Positions 47,747 to 56,605 of a stretch of 64,000 nt of DNA are shown here, piece by piece; within the stretch, counting starts at the first letter, position 1, and each line of letters begins with the position of its first letter. Position numbers and translations under genes: made by a program. This DNA is from Candidatus Uhrbacteria bacterium (GTDB lineage Bacteria; Patescibacteriota; Patescibacteriia; UBA9934), in contig JABJOE010000002.1 of NCBI GenBank assembly GCA_018664485.1, positions 11,896 through 75,895 on the forward strand, given 5' to 3'. Below the pieces are notes generated by a model. That model did not search any database, was not told the origin of the DNA, and worked only from the letters and a program-made list of their open reading frames with translations.

Positions 47747-47906
47747 CTATCCACACTTCTCACAGAGACTGTGAACAAAAAAGTCGTGAGTTATCAGCAG
47801 GAGGTCGCCGCGAAGCCTCGCCAAAATAACGACTTATCCCAACTGTCCACAGGCCTTATTACTACTACTGTGATTATTTCTTACTTATTTACCTAAAAAA
47901 GACAAC
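47747..47906. promoter_or_regulatory. candidate oriC segment in the dnaA-dnaN spacer: imperfect DnaA boxes followed by an AT-rich stretch
   Basis: cTATCCACA at 47747-47755, TTATCCcAA at 47835-47843 and TGTCCACAG at 47845-47853, then ttattactactactgtgattatttcttacttatttacctaaaaaa. Confidence 0.45.
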
Positions 47907-49049
47907 ATGAAGCTCTCGTGTACAAAAGAGAACCTCGCACAGGGTCTCTCTATAACAAGTCACGTCAGCACTAAGAACATGAATCTTCCGATTCTGAACA
48001 ATGTTCTAATACGTGCTGATGCTGGAGGGCTCAAACTAATCTCAACAAATCTTGAGATTGCAATTACATGTTCGATCCGTGCGAAGGTTGAACAGCAAGG
48101 AGAATACACAGTTCCATCAAAGTTGTTCTATGACTTTGTGAACCTACTGCCAAACGAACCAGTTGATATAGATCTTCACGACGACGGTTTGTTTATATCT
48201 TGCGCAAGCGCGAAGACAACCCTTAAGGGAATGGACGCTTCAGAGTTTCCACTTGTTCCACCGGTTCAAGCAAAAGAATCTTATGAGGTACCTGTTGCAA
48301 GCCTGGCTAAAGGATTATCTCGAACGTTATTTGCGACAGCTACAAACGAGTCCCGGCCGGAGCTCACAGGACTACTTCTTTCAATTCACCACCCAAGCGC
48401 TGGCGTAGGTACACTTACTCTTGCTGCAACGGACAGCTACCGACTTGCGGAGTATGTGCTCGCAATTAAAACGACGCACAACGAGCCACGAGAGGTCATA
48501 GTGCCGTCTCGTACCCTCTCTGAGCTATCTCGCATCCTTTCGGTATTCAAAGACGATGTAGAGGCACCTGAGAGCGTTTCGCTAGAGCTCTCTGACAACC
48601 AGGCAGTATTCCGATATGGATCAGTGGAATTGATTTCAAGAACTATCGACGGAAACTACCCTGATTATCGGCAAATTATCCCAACAGAATTCAAGACAGA
48701 TGTTTTTGTAGATCGGTCTGAAACCATTCAGGCGATTAAGAGCGCAAGTCTTTTTGCAAAAAACGGACTCTTTGATGTTCAGGTTAATATGGACCCGGCG
48801 CAGAAGATGGTTCAGCTGTCGGCTCAAGACGCGACGCGCGGAGAAAATTCAGTATCGGTAAAGTCTGACGAAGCTACCGGCGAGATCAACTCAATGGTTC
48901 TAAACTACCGATATCTTCTCGACGGACTTCAGGCTGCAGGAACTCAGGGAGTACAGGTTCAAATGATTGATGCGATGAACCCATGTGTTATTCGTCCAAC
49001 GGGAGAGGGGGATAAGTATCAGTACATCGTGATGCCTATCCGGCAGTAG
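47907..49049 (+). CDS. dnaN: DNA polymerase III beta sliding clamp
   Basis: Three-domain beta-clamp length (380 aa) and motifs; immediately downstream of dnaA. Confidence 0.9.
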   Translation: MKLSCTKENLAQGLSITSHVSTKNMNLPILNNVLIRADAGGLKLISTNLEIAITCSIRAKVEQQGEYTVPSKLFYDFVNLLPNEPVDIDLHDDGLFISCASAKTTLKGMDASEFPLVPPVQAKESYEVPVASLAKGLSRTLFATATNESRPELTGLLLSIHHPSAGVGTLTLAATDSYRLAEYVLAIKTTHNEPREVIVPSRTLSELSRILSVFKDDVEAPESVSLELSDNQAVFRYGSVELISRTIDGNYPDYRQIIPTEFKTDVFVDRSETIQAIKSASLFAKNGLFDVQVNMDPAQKMVQLSAQDATRGENSVSVKSDEATGEINSMVLNYRYLLDGLQAAGTQGVQVQMIDAMNPCVIRPTGEGDKYQYIVMPIRQ

Positions 49050-49196
49050 GAAATTATCCAGGCGGCGTATTTCTGGCTTGTCGGGTCCCAGCTGCTCGTC
49101 ACCGTACGGGGAGGTACAATTCCTCACAGCTTTCCCAACGCACCAAAACCACGTCCACCTGAAAAATTTCCCGTAACAACTTTAAAATATAACGAT

Positions 49197-49222
49197 GCCC
49201 CTACGAGATATTCGTTTGGGGT
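49197..49222. repeat. hairpin H1 with conserved inner palindrome (cccc-TACGAGATATTCGTT-tgggg)
   Basis: First of three nested stem-loops sharing the inner ACGAGA.A..TCGT element. Confidence 0.5.
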
Positions 49223-49273
49223 ATTTGTTGTCCAGGGAGCAAGACACCAGAAGAACTATTTTTAAATGCAGCG

Positions 49274-49304
49274 ACACCCACGGCGAGAGAATCGTCGTGG
49301 GTGT
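49274..49304. repeat. hairpin H2 (acacccacg-GCGAGAGAATCGT-cgtgggtgt)
   Basis: Perfect 9-bp outer stem; same inner element; downstream (minus strand) of the 103-aa gene. Confidence 0.5.
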
Positions 49305-49330
49305 TTAGGTTGGCGCGGCGCGACAACGGC

Positions 49331-49642
49331 TCAAGGGTCCGTCTCAGAAGTGTCGGGCGAGAGACTTGCCGCGACGACCAGCCCCACATAGAACCCAATC
49401 ACACAAAAGATGACAGACAAGAACACTACAGGGGGAGCGTCCCTACCAAGAATCAGGAGGGCGGCGATCCAGGACAGGAAGGAAATGCCAGCCGCTGCAA
49501 GAATGGGGAAGTCAACGAATGGTTTGCTCCGATCACTGGCATCCAAATAGACGGAAGTAGCAACCAGGAACATGGTGATCACGGGAGCGACACCAAGCGA
49601 CAGAAATTTAATAGCTAGAGAAAAAAGCTCTAAAGTTTCCAC
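49331..49642 (-). CDS. small integral membrane protein (3 TM), hypothetical
   Basis: Three hydrophobic helices; GC-rich local composition. Confidence 0.4.
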   Translation of the reverse strand: METLELFSLAIKFLSLGVAPVITMFLVATSVYLDASDRSKPFVDFPILAAAGISFLSWIAALLILGRDAPPVVFLSVIFCVIGFYVGLVVAASLSPDTSETDP

Positions 49643-49795
49643 GCAAATCCTACGGACAGATGTTTGTAAGGTCCTGAAAGCCAGGATTGCGACGTTAACA
49701 AAAAAAGAGGCGCGCCGTCAAAGACTCGCTCCTCAATTAATTCCGCCAAAACTACATCTAATCGGAAAAACTCCACGCACAAATTGTAAAAGCAA

Positions 49796-49829
49796 GCGCG
49801 CCCGCTACGAGAGAACTCGTTGCGGGCGC
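49796..49829. repeat. hairpin H3 (gcgcgcccgc-TACGAGAGAACTCGT-tgcgggcgc), probable terminator of the 128-aa gene
   Basis: Perfect 8-bp outer stem, the same inner palindrome, T-rich tail on the minus strand. Confidence 0.5.
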
Positions 49830-49842
49830 TTAGGTCGAGGGG

Positions 49843-50229
49843 CTAGTCTCCAGGCCCGTCAGGATCCTCCGGACCAAGAAAGATAATGTGTACACCGGTA
49901 GAATCATCAGCAGCAACAGCAACCATCATATCAGAGCCATGGATTACCGCCTTCATCCTGGCAGGGTCTGTGTAGGGGGTTCCGTTGATGATGACAGGGC
50001 GATCTCGTGAAAGCGCGCGAGCAACTCGTGCGTCTAGGTCGGCCACGGCCCAGTGAAGTATTTCGTCGGCGGTTGCGCCCCGCCAGTCAATTCCCCAGAC
50101 AACGCCCCTAGACACGAGGTCTGTAAGAAATGTGCTGGGATTTACGGGGACGCCTCCAGGCCCGCTGACCCCGAGAAATCTCTTCGGGTTAATGGCACCT
50201 TCGCCTGACTTAAACCAAATAGTTATCAT
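49843..50229 (-). CDS. hypothetical 128-aa protein in a GC-rich stretch
   Basis: Intact ORF at about 58% GC by spot count; no motif recognised with confidence. Confidence 0.4.
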   Translation of the reverse strand: MITIWFKSGEGAINPKRFLGVSGPGGVPVNPSTFLTDLVSRGVVWGIDWRGATADEILHWAVADLDARVARALSRDRPVIINGTPYTDPARMKAVIHGSDMMVAVAADDSTGVHIIFLGPEDPDGPGD

Positions 50230-50331
50230 GTGTCCTCCAGAGCCAAAGTGAACAGCAAAAAGCGTGAACCGTCAAGGGTTCACGCTTTGTTTATTGCCGC
50301 TCTTTCATTTCACTTATTCTGTTTCCACGGC

Positions 50332-53241
50332 CTATTCCGCCTCTTCTTCTGGTACCAGGTCAAGTAGATCCGGAGCAGTTAGTGTCTCTCGTACCGAGAC
50401 TAGAACCGGAGAGATGTCAGCAGTCTCTTCATCGTTACCTGTAGTGACCCCACTTAGACTGTAGTCTCCCTCAAGAGCCACACTCCACTCGACGATGATT
50501 ACAGATGAAGGACTCTCAACTGTTGTGATAAGAGTTTCCTCACCCGTCCAAAGATTTAGTGCAGTGAGCGTGATCTCTGACACATCACTTGCGCCGGCAA
50601 TCTCCACAGCGATTTGATAGGTGTCGTTAGACTGTTCGATTTCTTGTGACGCAAACGGATTTGTAATTCGCGCTTGAGAACTGTCACCGGCCTCGGTTAC
50701 TTCGATAAGAATTTTATCTTCGCTTGCGTTATCGATGTCGTCGTAGGCGACAACCTTAAGCGTGTGTTCTCCGACTTCAACCCAGCTTGGAAGAGAGAGG
50801 GTTGTGCCGCTCTTGCTGCTGCTTTGTTTTACGAAGACATCATCTATCCAGTAGGTTACCCGATCAATTCCACGCTTTGCATCGGCGTCGATGTCAACGC
50901 GAAACGATCGATCAACTTCGTCGTGATTTGAAGGCTCATCGATGTCGATATCAGGCTCGTTAGACTTCACGTGAAGGTCGTCTTTATCCTCTGGAATATC
51001 GCAAGACTCTTTTGCAACCTCGCCTTCTTCAAGCTCTTCGTTTGAGCGCACGAGATACTCCTGAACGTTCGCCTCCCACGCCACATAAGAGCTATCTGTA
51101 GGCTCGTCTACTAGAGTAAGCGGGTCGGACGGACTGATGTAGTGAAGTATCGTGTGATAGTCTCCACAGAATTTTTCTTCAATATAACTTTCGGGCGTTC
51201 GCTCGGTTGCAAGCTTTCCAGAAGCCTTGTCGAGCACGACGAGTTCGCTTGGAATTTCTCCATCCAACATTGCAATTCCGGTTATCGGAATCTCGGGGCT
51301 AACAAACCCTTCGGCAGCCTGGCCTGCGAGCGCCGCATTCATGTACTGGTTCCACACAGGTGCCGCAACAGACGACCCACCGGATCCGCGATTCATAGTT
51401 GTACCGTCCGTGTTTCCTGTCCACACACCAGCCACAAGTGAAGGCGTGTAACCCATTGTCCAGGCGTCGTTGTAGTCGTTAGTTGTTCCGGTCTTGGCGG
51501 CAGCAGGACGGCCCGAAAGCGCAAGGTAGCTTGATGCTCCAAAGTAAGGTGTGCGTGCATTGTTGTCGGACAGAACGTCACTTATCATCCGGGCGATGTT
51601 TGCCTCAAGAACCTTCTCGCCTTCATGTTCTTCAGCCCTCCACTCTTCTAAAATTTCACCGGCACTGTCTTTGACCATCAGGATGGAAACAGGCTCGTGG
51701 TAAACACCTTCAGACGCGAGCGTTGCATACGCTGCGGTGTGATCAAGAAGTGTTACCTCGGCTCCACCAAGAACCATTGAAAGTCCCACCGTTGAAGGGT
51801 CTGTAAGTGTGGAGTAGCCAAGCCGCTGAGCGAAATCCATACCCTCTTCGATTCCGACAAGGTAAAGCATTTTAACAGCTGGAATGTTAAGAGAACCCTG
51901 CAATGCTGAACGGACTGTGACAGGTCCGTGTTCTTCAAGATCGTAGTTGTTTGGTTGGTAGTTTCCAGTTGCAGTTACGAAGGTTGTGAGCACGTCCCAA
52001 AGGATTGTGTTTGGCGTGTACCCGCGTTCAAATGCCGCTGTGTAAATAATAGGCTTAAAGCTAGATCCCGGCTGCAGCGAGCTCATGGCGATGTTTACCT
52101 TTCCATCAATTTCATCATCGTTGTAGTCGACAGAACCTACCATCGCAAGGATGTGGCCGTTATCAGGGTCCATAGAAACGAGCCCGGAGTTATTGAATCC
52201 ATAGCTTTCAGATCGAGCCTCGGCGTTGGCTGTAACCGCTTCGTTTGCGAGGACCTGTTTGTCGTAATCAATGGTTGTGGTGACACGAAGCCCGCCTTGC
52301 TCAACTTGAAGCTGTCCGTAGGTTTCTTCCAATTGTTCTTTGACCCACAGAACGAAATGGGGTGCTTCGATGTCGTTATATTCAATGCTAATTGTTGTGT
52401 CTTCTGCCATGGCAATGTCAGCTTCATCTTGTGTGATGTGCTCGAGGTCCGCCATGCTTTGTAGGATCCAATTTCGACGCGTCTCAAGCTGATCTGGGTT
52501 GTTGAGATATGTCGTCGGAGCTTTTGGCAGTGACGCGAGGGTCGCTGCTTGCGCGAGGCTAAGTTCTTCAACGGCCAGACCATAGTATGAATCTGACGCA
52601 GACTGAATTCCATAGTTACGAGACCCGTATGGAATCTCGTTAAGATAGAGTTGCATGATTTCATCCTTGGTATACCGGCGTTCAAGCGCAAGAGAAAGAA
52701 TGACCTCTTTGAATTTTCTCGTAAATGTTTTTTCGTTTGTGAGAATGGCGTTTTTCACGAGCTGTTGCGTGATGGTTGATGCACCCTGTGCTCGAGAAAG
52801 CGTAACGACATCGATAAAGATGGCGCGCATGATACCTTTGATGTCGATCCCACCATGCTCATAGAATTTTCGATCCTCAGCTGTTATCGTTGCCCAAACA
52901 ACATATTCTGGAATTTGGTCCAGAGTTACCAGCGTACGCTTTTCAGCGCCAGCAATTTCATAAAGAAGATGTTCCCCGGTATTGTCATAGATTTTTGTAG
53001 ACTGTGGAATCTCTCGAATCGTTAGAGAGTTCGGATCTGGCAGATCTTTTGAAAGCCAGGCGAAGGCACCTAAAAACAGGATGCTTCCAAAAAGTGCAAG
53101 GGCGACACATCCAAGCAGGATGTTTTTTATAAGGGTTTTTTTGTTCATTCCCTTAAGAAAGCTGGATAATTTTTTACCGGGCTTTCTGCGTCGTTTATTT
53201 CCTGATTTCCAGGTTTGGTGGCGTGAAGATTTTGGGTTCAT
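50332..53241 (-). CDS. class A penicillin-binding protein (PBP1A; glycosyltransferase + transpeptidase) with a roughly 250-aa C-terminal extension
   Basis: GT51 motifs (EDRKFYEHGGID; GASTITQQLVKN), transpeptidase SxxK/SxN/KTG region, N-terminal TM anchor. ORF to 53307; the start is taken as the Met at 53241. Confidence 0.9.
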   Translation of the reverse strand: MNPKSSRHQTWKSGNKRRRKPGKKLSSFLKGMNKKTLIKNILLGCVALALFGSILFLGAFAWLSKDLPDPNSLTIREIPQSTKIYDNTGEHLLYEIAGAEKRTLVTLDQIPEYVVWATITAEDRKFYEHGGIDIKGIMRAIFIDVVTLSRAQGASTITQQLVKNAILTNEKTFTRKFKEVILSLALERRYTKDEIMQLYLNEIPYGSRNYGIQSASDSYYGLAVEELSLAQAATLASLPKAPTTYLNNPDQLETRRNWILQSMADLEHITQDEADIAMAEDTTISIEYNDIEAPHFVLWVKEQLEETYGQLQVEQGGLRVTTTIDYDKQVLANEAVTANAEARSESYGFNNSGLVSMDPDNGHILAMVGSVDYNDDEIDGKVNIAMSSLQPGSSFKPIIYTAAFERGYTPNTILWDVLTTFVTATGNYQPNNYDLEEHGPVTVRSALQGSLNIPAVKMLYLVGIEEGMDFAQRLGYSTLTDPSTVGLSMVLGGAEVTLLDHTAAYATLASEGVYHEPVSILMVKDSAGEILEEWRAEEHEGEKVLEANIARMISDVLSDNNARTPYFGASSYLALSGRPAAAKTGTTNDYNDAWTMGYTPSLVAGVWTGNTDGTTMNRGSGGSSVAAPVWNQYMNAALAGQAAEGFVSPEIPITGIAMLDGEIPSELVVLDKASGKLATERTPESYIEEKFCGDYHTILHYISPSDPLTLVDEPTDSSYVAWEANVQEYLVRSNEELEEGEVAKESCDIPEDKDDLHVKSNEPDIDIDEPSNHDEVDRSFRVDIDADAKRGIDRVTYWIDDVFVKQSSSKSGTTLSLPSWVEVGEHTLKVVAYDDIDNASEDKILIEVTEAGDSSQARITNPFASQEIEQSNDTYQIAVEIAGASDVSEITLTALNLWTGEETLITTVESPSSVIIVEWSVALEGDYSLSGVTTGNDEETADISPVLVSVRETLTAPDLLDLVPEEEAE

Positions 53242-53452
53242 AGATATGTAATTTCCATCGAAGTATAGCTCTGAAGGCTCTGTTTTGCAATGGCCAATAT
53301 TGGCCAAGATTAAGCTTTATTGGTTGACAAAAGGGCAAAAATGTGGTATCTTGTTGTTCCTCGCAAAGTCGAGGCTTTTTCTTTACGAGTAAAGAGAGCT
53401 TCGAAATTGTGTGTCGATTGATTGGAGATTTATTTAGATTTCTATATTTATT

Positions 53453-53959
53453 ATGCTTAAACGCATTATCAAGAAGTCCCCCATTGAAAGCGCGCTGATT
53501 GGACTTATGGTGTTTGTTCTTGGATACGGAGCCCTTCCTGCCTTTGCTCTTGCTGGTGAGGATATTGGGCCGGACATGACATATGTGGCCATTCAGATTG
53601 AAGCTATGCAAAACAGTCTTCGTGATTTCGGAACTCTTCCAAGCTCCGAGGGACGTGAGGCAAACTATACTATTAACGTTATGGCAACGGCGTATAACTC
53701 ACTGCCGGGTCAGACCGACAGCACGCCATTTACGACCGCATCTGGAACTACTACGCGTCACGGAGTGATCGCAGCAAACTTTCTTCCGTTTGGAACGCGA
53801 GTGAAGATTCCAGAGATTTACGGAGACCAGGTATTTATTGTGGAAGACCGTATGAACGCCCGATATTGGCACAAGGTTGATATTTGGATGGAGGGATACG
53901 ACGACGCAATTGAATTTGGAATTAAGAACATTACGATTGAGGTTTACCCAACTTCATAG
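53453..53959 (+). CDS. secreted 3D-domain (MltA-like double-psi beta-barrel) protein
   Basis: Signal/TM then VMATAYNSLPGQTDSTPFTTASGTTTRHGVIAANFLPFGTRVKIPE...VEDRMNARYWHKVDIWM matching the 3D-domain pattern. Confidence 0.7.
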   Translation: MLKRIIKKSPIESALIGLMVFVLGYGALPAFALAGEDIGPDMTYVAIQIEAMQNSLRDFGTLPSSEGREANYTINVMATAYNSLPGQTDSTPFTTASGTTTRHGVIAANFLPFGTRVKIPEIYGDQVFIVEDRMNARYWHKVDIWMEGYDDAIEFGIKNITIEVYPTS

Positions 53960-54036
53960 TTAAGCAAACGCAGCCCCTTGTGGGCTGTTTTTGTATAGGT
54001 TGAATAACTTATCAGCACATGCTACATTTTGCGCAT

Positions 54037-54558
54037 ATGAATAAACTATTTTTAGGGCTTTTAACCCTCGTCCTTATGGGCGCAGGCTGTTCCGCGGGCG
54101 TGGCCGACGACGCAAGTCAAGAAGACGCTCAAGCCGAATGGTGGTTGAGTTTTGACTTGCCAGAAGACTGGGTTGTTGTATCTCACTATGGCGGGGGTTC
54201 AGGTGAGCTTCCTACGGCAGATTTAATTGAAGCACGAACAACGGATGTCGTTATTCAAAGCACATCATTACCGATCTCTGTTGATGGCGGAGTTGGTGAA
54301 GGGTGGGAGGAGTATGTGGATTCGGACTACACATATGTACGGGCATTTCGCTACAGCAAGCTTCGGCCCCTTTCAGACGACGCGATCGATCTTGGAAACG
54401 GATTCTACGAAGCTGATTGGCTCGGAGAGACTGCCTATTGGTGGCCACAAGAATTCGGAAACTACCTATTCCTGATAGATGTTGACGGACAAGAGCGCGA
54501 GGCGGCGAAAGAAGTTATCTTCACCGCGCAGGAGCACGATTTGAGCGATCAGCTATAA
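54037..54558 (+). CDS. secreted/lipoprotein-like hypothetical protein, Trp-rich acidic
   Basis: Signal peptide MNKLFLGLLTLVLMGAGCSAG with a Cys at the end of the hydrophobic core (weak lipobox). ORF from 54019. Confidence 0.5.
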   Translation: MNKLFLGLLTLVLMGAGCSAGVADDASQEDAQAEWWLSFDLPEDWVVVSHYGGGSGELPTADLIEARTTDVVIQSTSLPISVDGGVGEGWEEYVDSDYTYVRAFRYSKLRPLSDDAIDLGNGFYEADWLGETAYWWPQEFGNYLFLIDVDGQEREAAKEVIFTAQEHDLSDQL

Positions 54559-54591
54559 TATAAACGTGAAATCTAAACGATAAGAATATTT

Positions 54592-55464
54592 ATGACAATG
54601 ATACGAAGATATATTGCGAGTGTTGCTATGGTGGCACTTATGGTCGGAGCTCTTTTTGCGGCAGCACCAGTGAGTGCGGCCCTCACCTTTCCAACAGTTG
54701 CGGATCTTGAGGCAGGAGACCTTTTCAAGACCGACGACTCTTCAACGGTTTACTACTTTGGAGCAGACGAGCTCCGATATGGTTTTCCAAACGAGAACAC
54801 GTACTTTACTTGGTACGACGATTTCGATGACGTTGTTACAATTACATCTACTGAAATGAATTTGATTCCTTTCTCTGGAATGGTTACGTACTTCCCACAC
54901 TTTGATGGGATGACGGACACTCGACTGCTTCAGATTACAGGGCAGGAAGAAATCTACGTGTCATTGGGGCTTACTATGCTCATTGAGGTAGAGGACGAAG
55001 ATGATGCAGCGGTGCTTTTTGGAGACGACTGGGCTGATCGAGTAGACGTACTTCCAGACGTTTTTGTAAGCCACTATATTATCACCGGCGGAAACATTGA
55101 TGATGACTCTGAGTTCGACGAGGTGCCAGACGATGGATATTCAATCTCAGACGACATGGAGCTTGTGGCGCCAGTCGGTGTGATGATCTATGAGGATCCG
55201 CTTCGATTCGCCGTTTCAGACGAAAGCGTTTGTGATGACGATTACTGCGCATACAACGAGCTTACGGTCGAGCAGGGAGATACAATCAAGTTTGTTAACT
55301 ATGCAGAAGAAGAGGTTCGAGTTCGTGAAGAGAACAACGAGTGGACAACTGGTCCAATGGGAACAGAGGATGTTGTTGTTTTGACGGTTGATAGTGAGCC
55401 TGGAGAATACTATTTCTACGGAAATAGCGACGACGACATCGTTGGAATCCTAACAGTTGAATAA
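54592..55464 (+). CDS. secreted highly acidic protein with a C-terminal cupredoxin-like beta-sandwich lacking copper ligands
   Basis: Signal peptide. The C-terminal LTVEQGDTIKFVNYAEEEV...GEYYFYGNSDDDIVGILTV resembles the plastocyanin fold pattern but carries no Cys/His/Met ligand set. Confidence 0.45.
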   Translation: MTMIRRYIASVAMVALMVGALFAAAPVSAALTFPTVADLEAGDLFKTDDSSTVYYFGADELRYGFPNENTYFTWYDDFDDVVTITSTEMNLIPFSGMVTYFPHFDGMTDTRLLQITGQEEIYVSLGLTMLIEVEDEDDAAVLFGDDWADRVDVLPDVFVSHYIITGGNIDDDSEFDEVPDDGYSISDDMELVAPVGVMIYEDPLRFAVSDESVCDDDYCAYNELTVEQGDTIKFVNYAEEEVRVREENNEWTTGPMGTEDVVVLTVDSEPGEYYFYGNSDDDIVGILTVE

Positions 55465-55587
55465 GCGACCCCACGAAGCGCTTGGCAGCCCAGAAGTTGT
55501 TTTAAGTGGAAAGAAAAAGGCACATCTTGACGATGTGCCTTTTGACTTGTACTCTGCGCGTGCAATCGAGTATACGTATACTCGCTT

Positions 55588-55663
55588 GGCCGCGTGGCGA
55601 AGTGGCTAACGCATGGGTCTGCAAAACCTTTATCCGCCGGTTCGAATCCGGCCGCGGCCTCCA
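55588..55663 (+). tRNA. tRNA-Cys (anticodon GCA), CCA encoded
   Basis: Manual fold: acceptor GGCCGCG/CGCGGCC; anticodon loop ctGCAaa; T-arm gccgg-ttcgaat-ccggc; 3' T-CCA. Confidence 0.75.
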
Positions 55664-55731
55664 TCGAGCTGGGCTCGACACATAAACTGTTCGAGAATAG
55701 CTCGATGGAACACTAAAAAAGATAGAGTTTG

Positions 55732-55765
55732 AAAAACCAACAGCGAATGCTGCTGGTTTTTTTGT
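55732..55765. terminator. bidirectional Rho-independent terminator (aaaaaccaacagc-gaat-gctgctggttttttt)
   Basis: Hairpin with flanking A- and T-tracts between tRNA-Cys and the TrmB-like gene; near-identical to 57749-57785. Confidence 0.65.
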
Positions 55766-56545
55766 TTATGAGGTGTACGGCTTTCCAATTTTCCAGAAGT
55801 AATCAAATTGACTTTTTAGTGTTTGGTGAAGCTCGGCACTTTCTACGATAAGTCCGTAGTGTTCTCTTCGCGCGCTTAAGAAAGCTACGCGGTTTCCGTA
55901 TATGCCATAACCAATATGTTGTTGAAGGTCCTTTGGCAGAGTTCTGGCGCGACGAAGGAAAGTTTTTTGTGTAGGTGTTCCTTTTAGAAAGGAGTAATCG
56001 CGGCCTTGTTCTGTTTGGCCGTGTGGCCAGAGTACATTTAGCCAAATTCCTCTAGCAATACGTTCTTTATGAAATGCTGCTAAAACACTCTCGGGGATAG
56101 CGCCAATCATTTCTTCAACGGGCCATAGCCAATAAGTTTCTTTTTCTCGTGACCTGAGAATGTCGCGAAAAATTCTTTCAGCCGACTCCGTTGATTCAAA
56201 TACAGAAAATCTTGGTTTGTAATATTCAATCTTAGGAATTTTCTTTGCTAGCGAAGCGAAACTATTTTTTGATTCAACTAGTTGCTGAATCCTTTCATCA
56301 AAGAGTTCTTGAATACGATCCGTAGACTCTGCTATAAAAAGCTTTCCGTGTCTGGTTACGATAGGTGATGCAAGTCCATGATCAATTAGGGCGCCTAGGT
56401 GGCCATATAGAGTTGGTCTCGCTACAGCCATTTTTTTGCTGAGATCAACTATTGACACACCTTCCGGGAATTGACGGAGAGCTAAAAAAGTTTCTCCTTG
56501 AGGGGTTGAGATACCCAGCTGAACTATTAGGTCGGTTATATTCAT
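55766..56545 (-). CDS. TrmB-family winged-helix transcriptional regulator
   Basis: N-terminal wHTH LGISTPQGETFLALRQFPEGVSIVDLSKKMAVARPTLYGHLGALIDHGLA and TrmB-like length. Confidence 0.55.
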   Translation of the reverse strand: MNITDLIVQLGISTPQGETFLALRQFPEGVSIVDLSKKMAVARPTLYGHLGALIDHGLASPIVTRHGKLFIAESTDRIQELFDERIQQLVESKNSFASLAKKIPKIEYYKPRFSVFESTESAERIFRDILRSREKETYWLWPVEEMIGAIPESVLAAFHKERIARGIWLNVLWPHGQTEQGRDYSFLKGTPTQKTFLRRARTLPKDLQQHIGYGIYGNRVAFLSARREHYGLIVESAELHQTLKSQFDYFWKIGKPYTS

Positions 56546-56605
56546 ATGGTGTCGGATGTTGACGACAGTTTTACATAAAATGAACGATATGTAAATGTTG
56601 CAAGT

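Noticed and set aside
55416-55664. 82-aa minus-strand ORF
   Set aside because: It overlaps tRNA-Cys almost completely; spurious.
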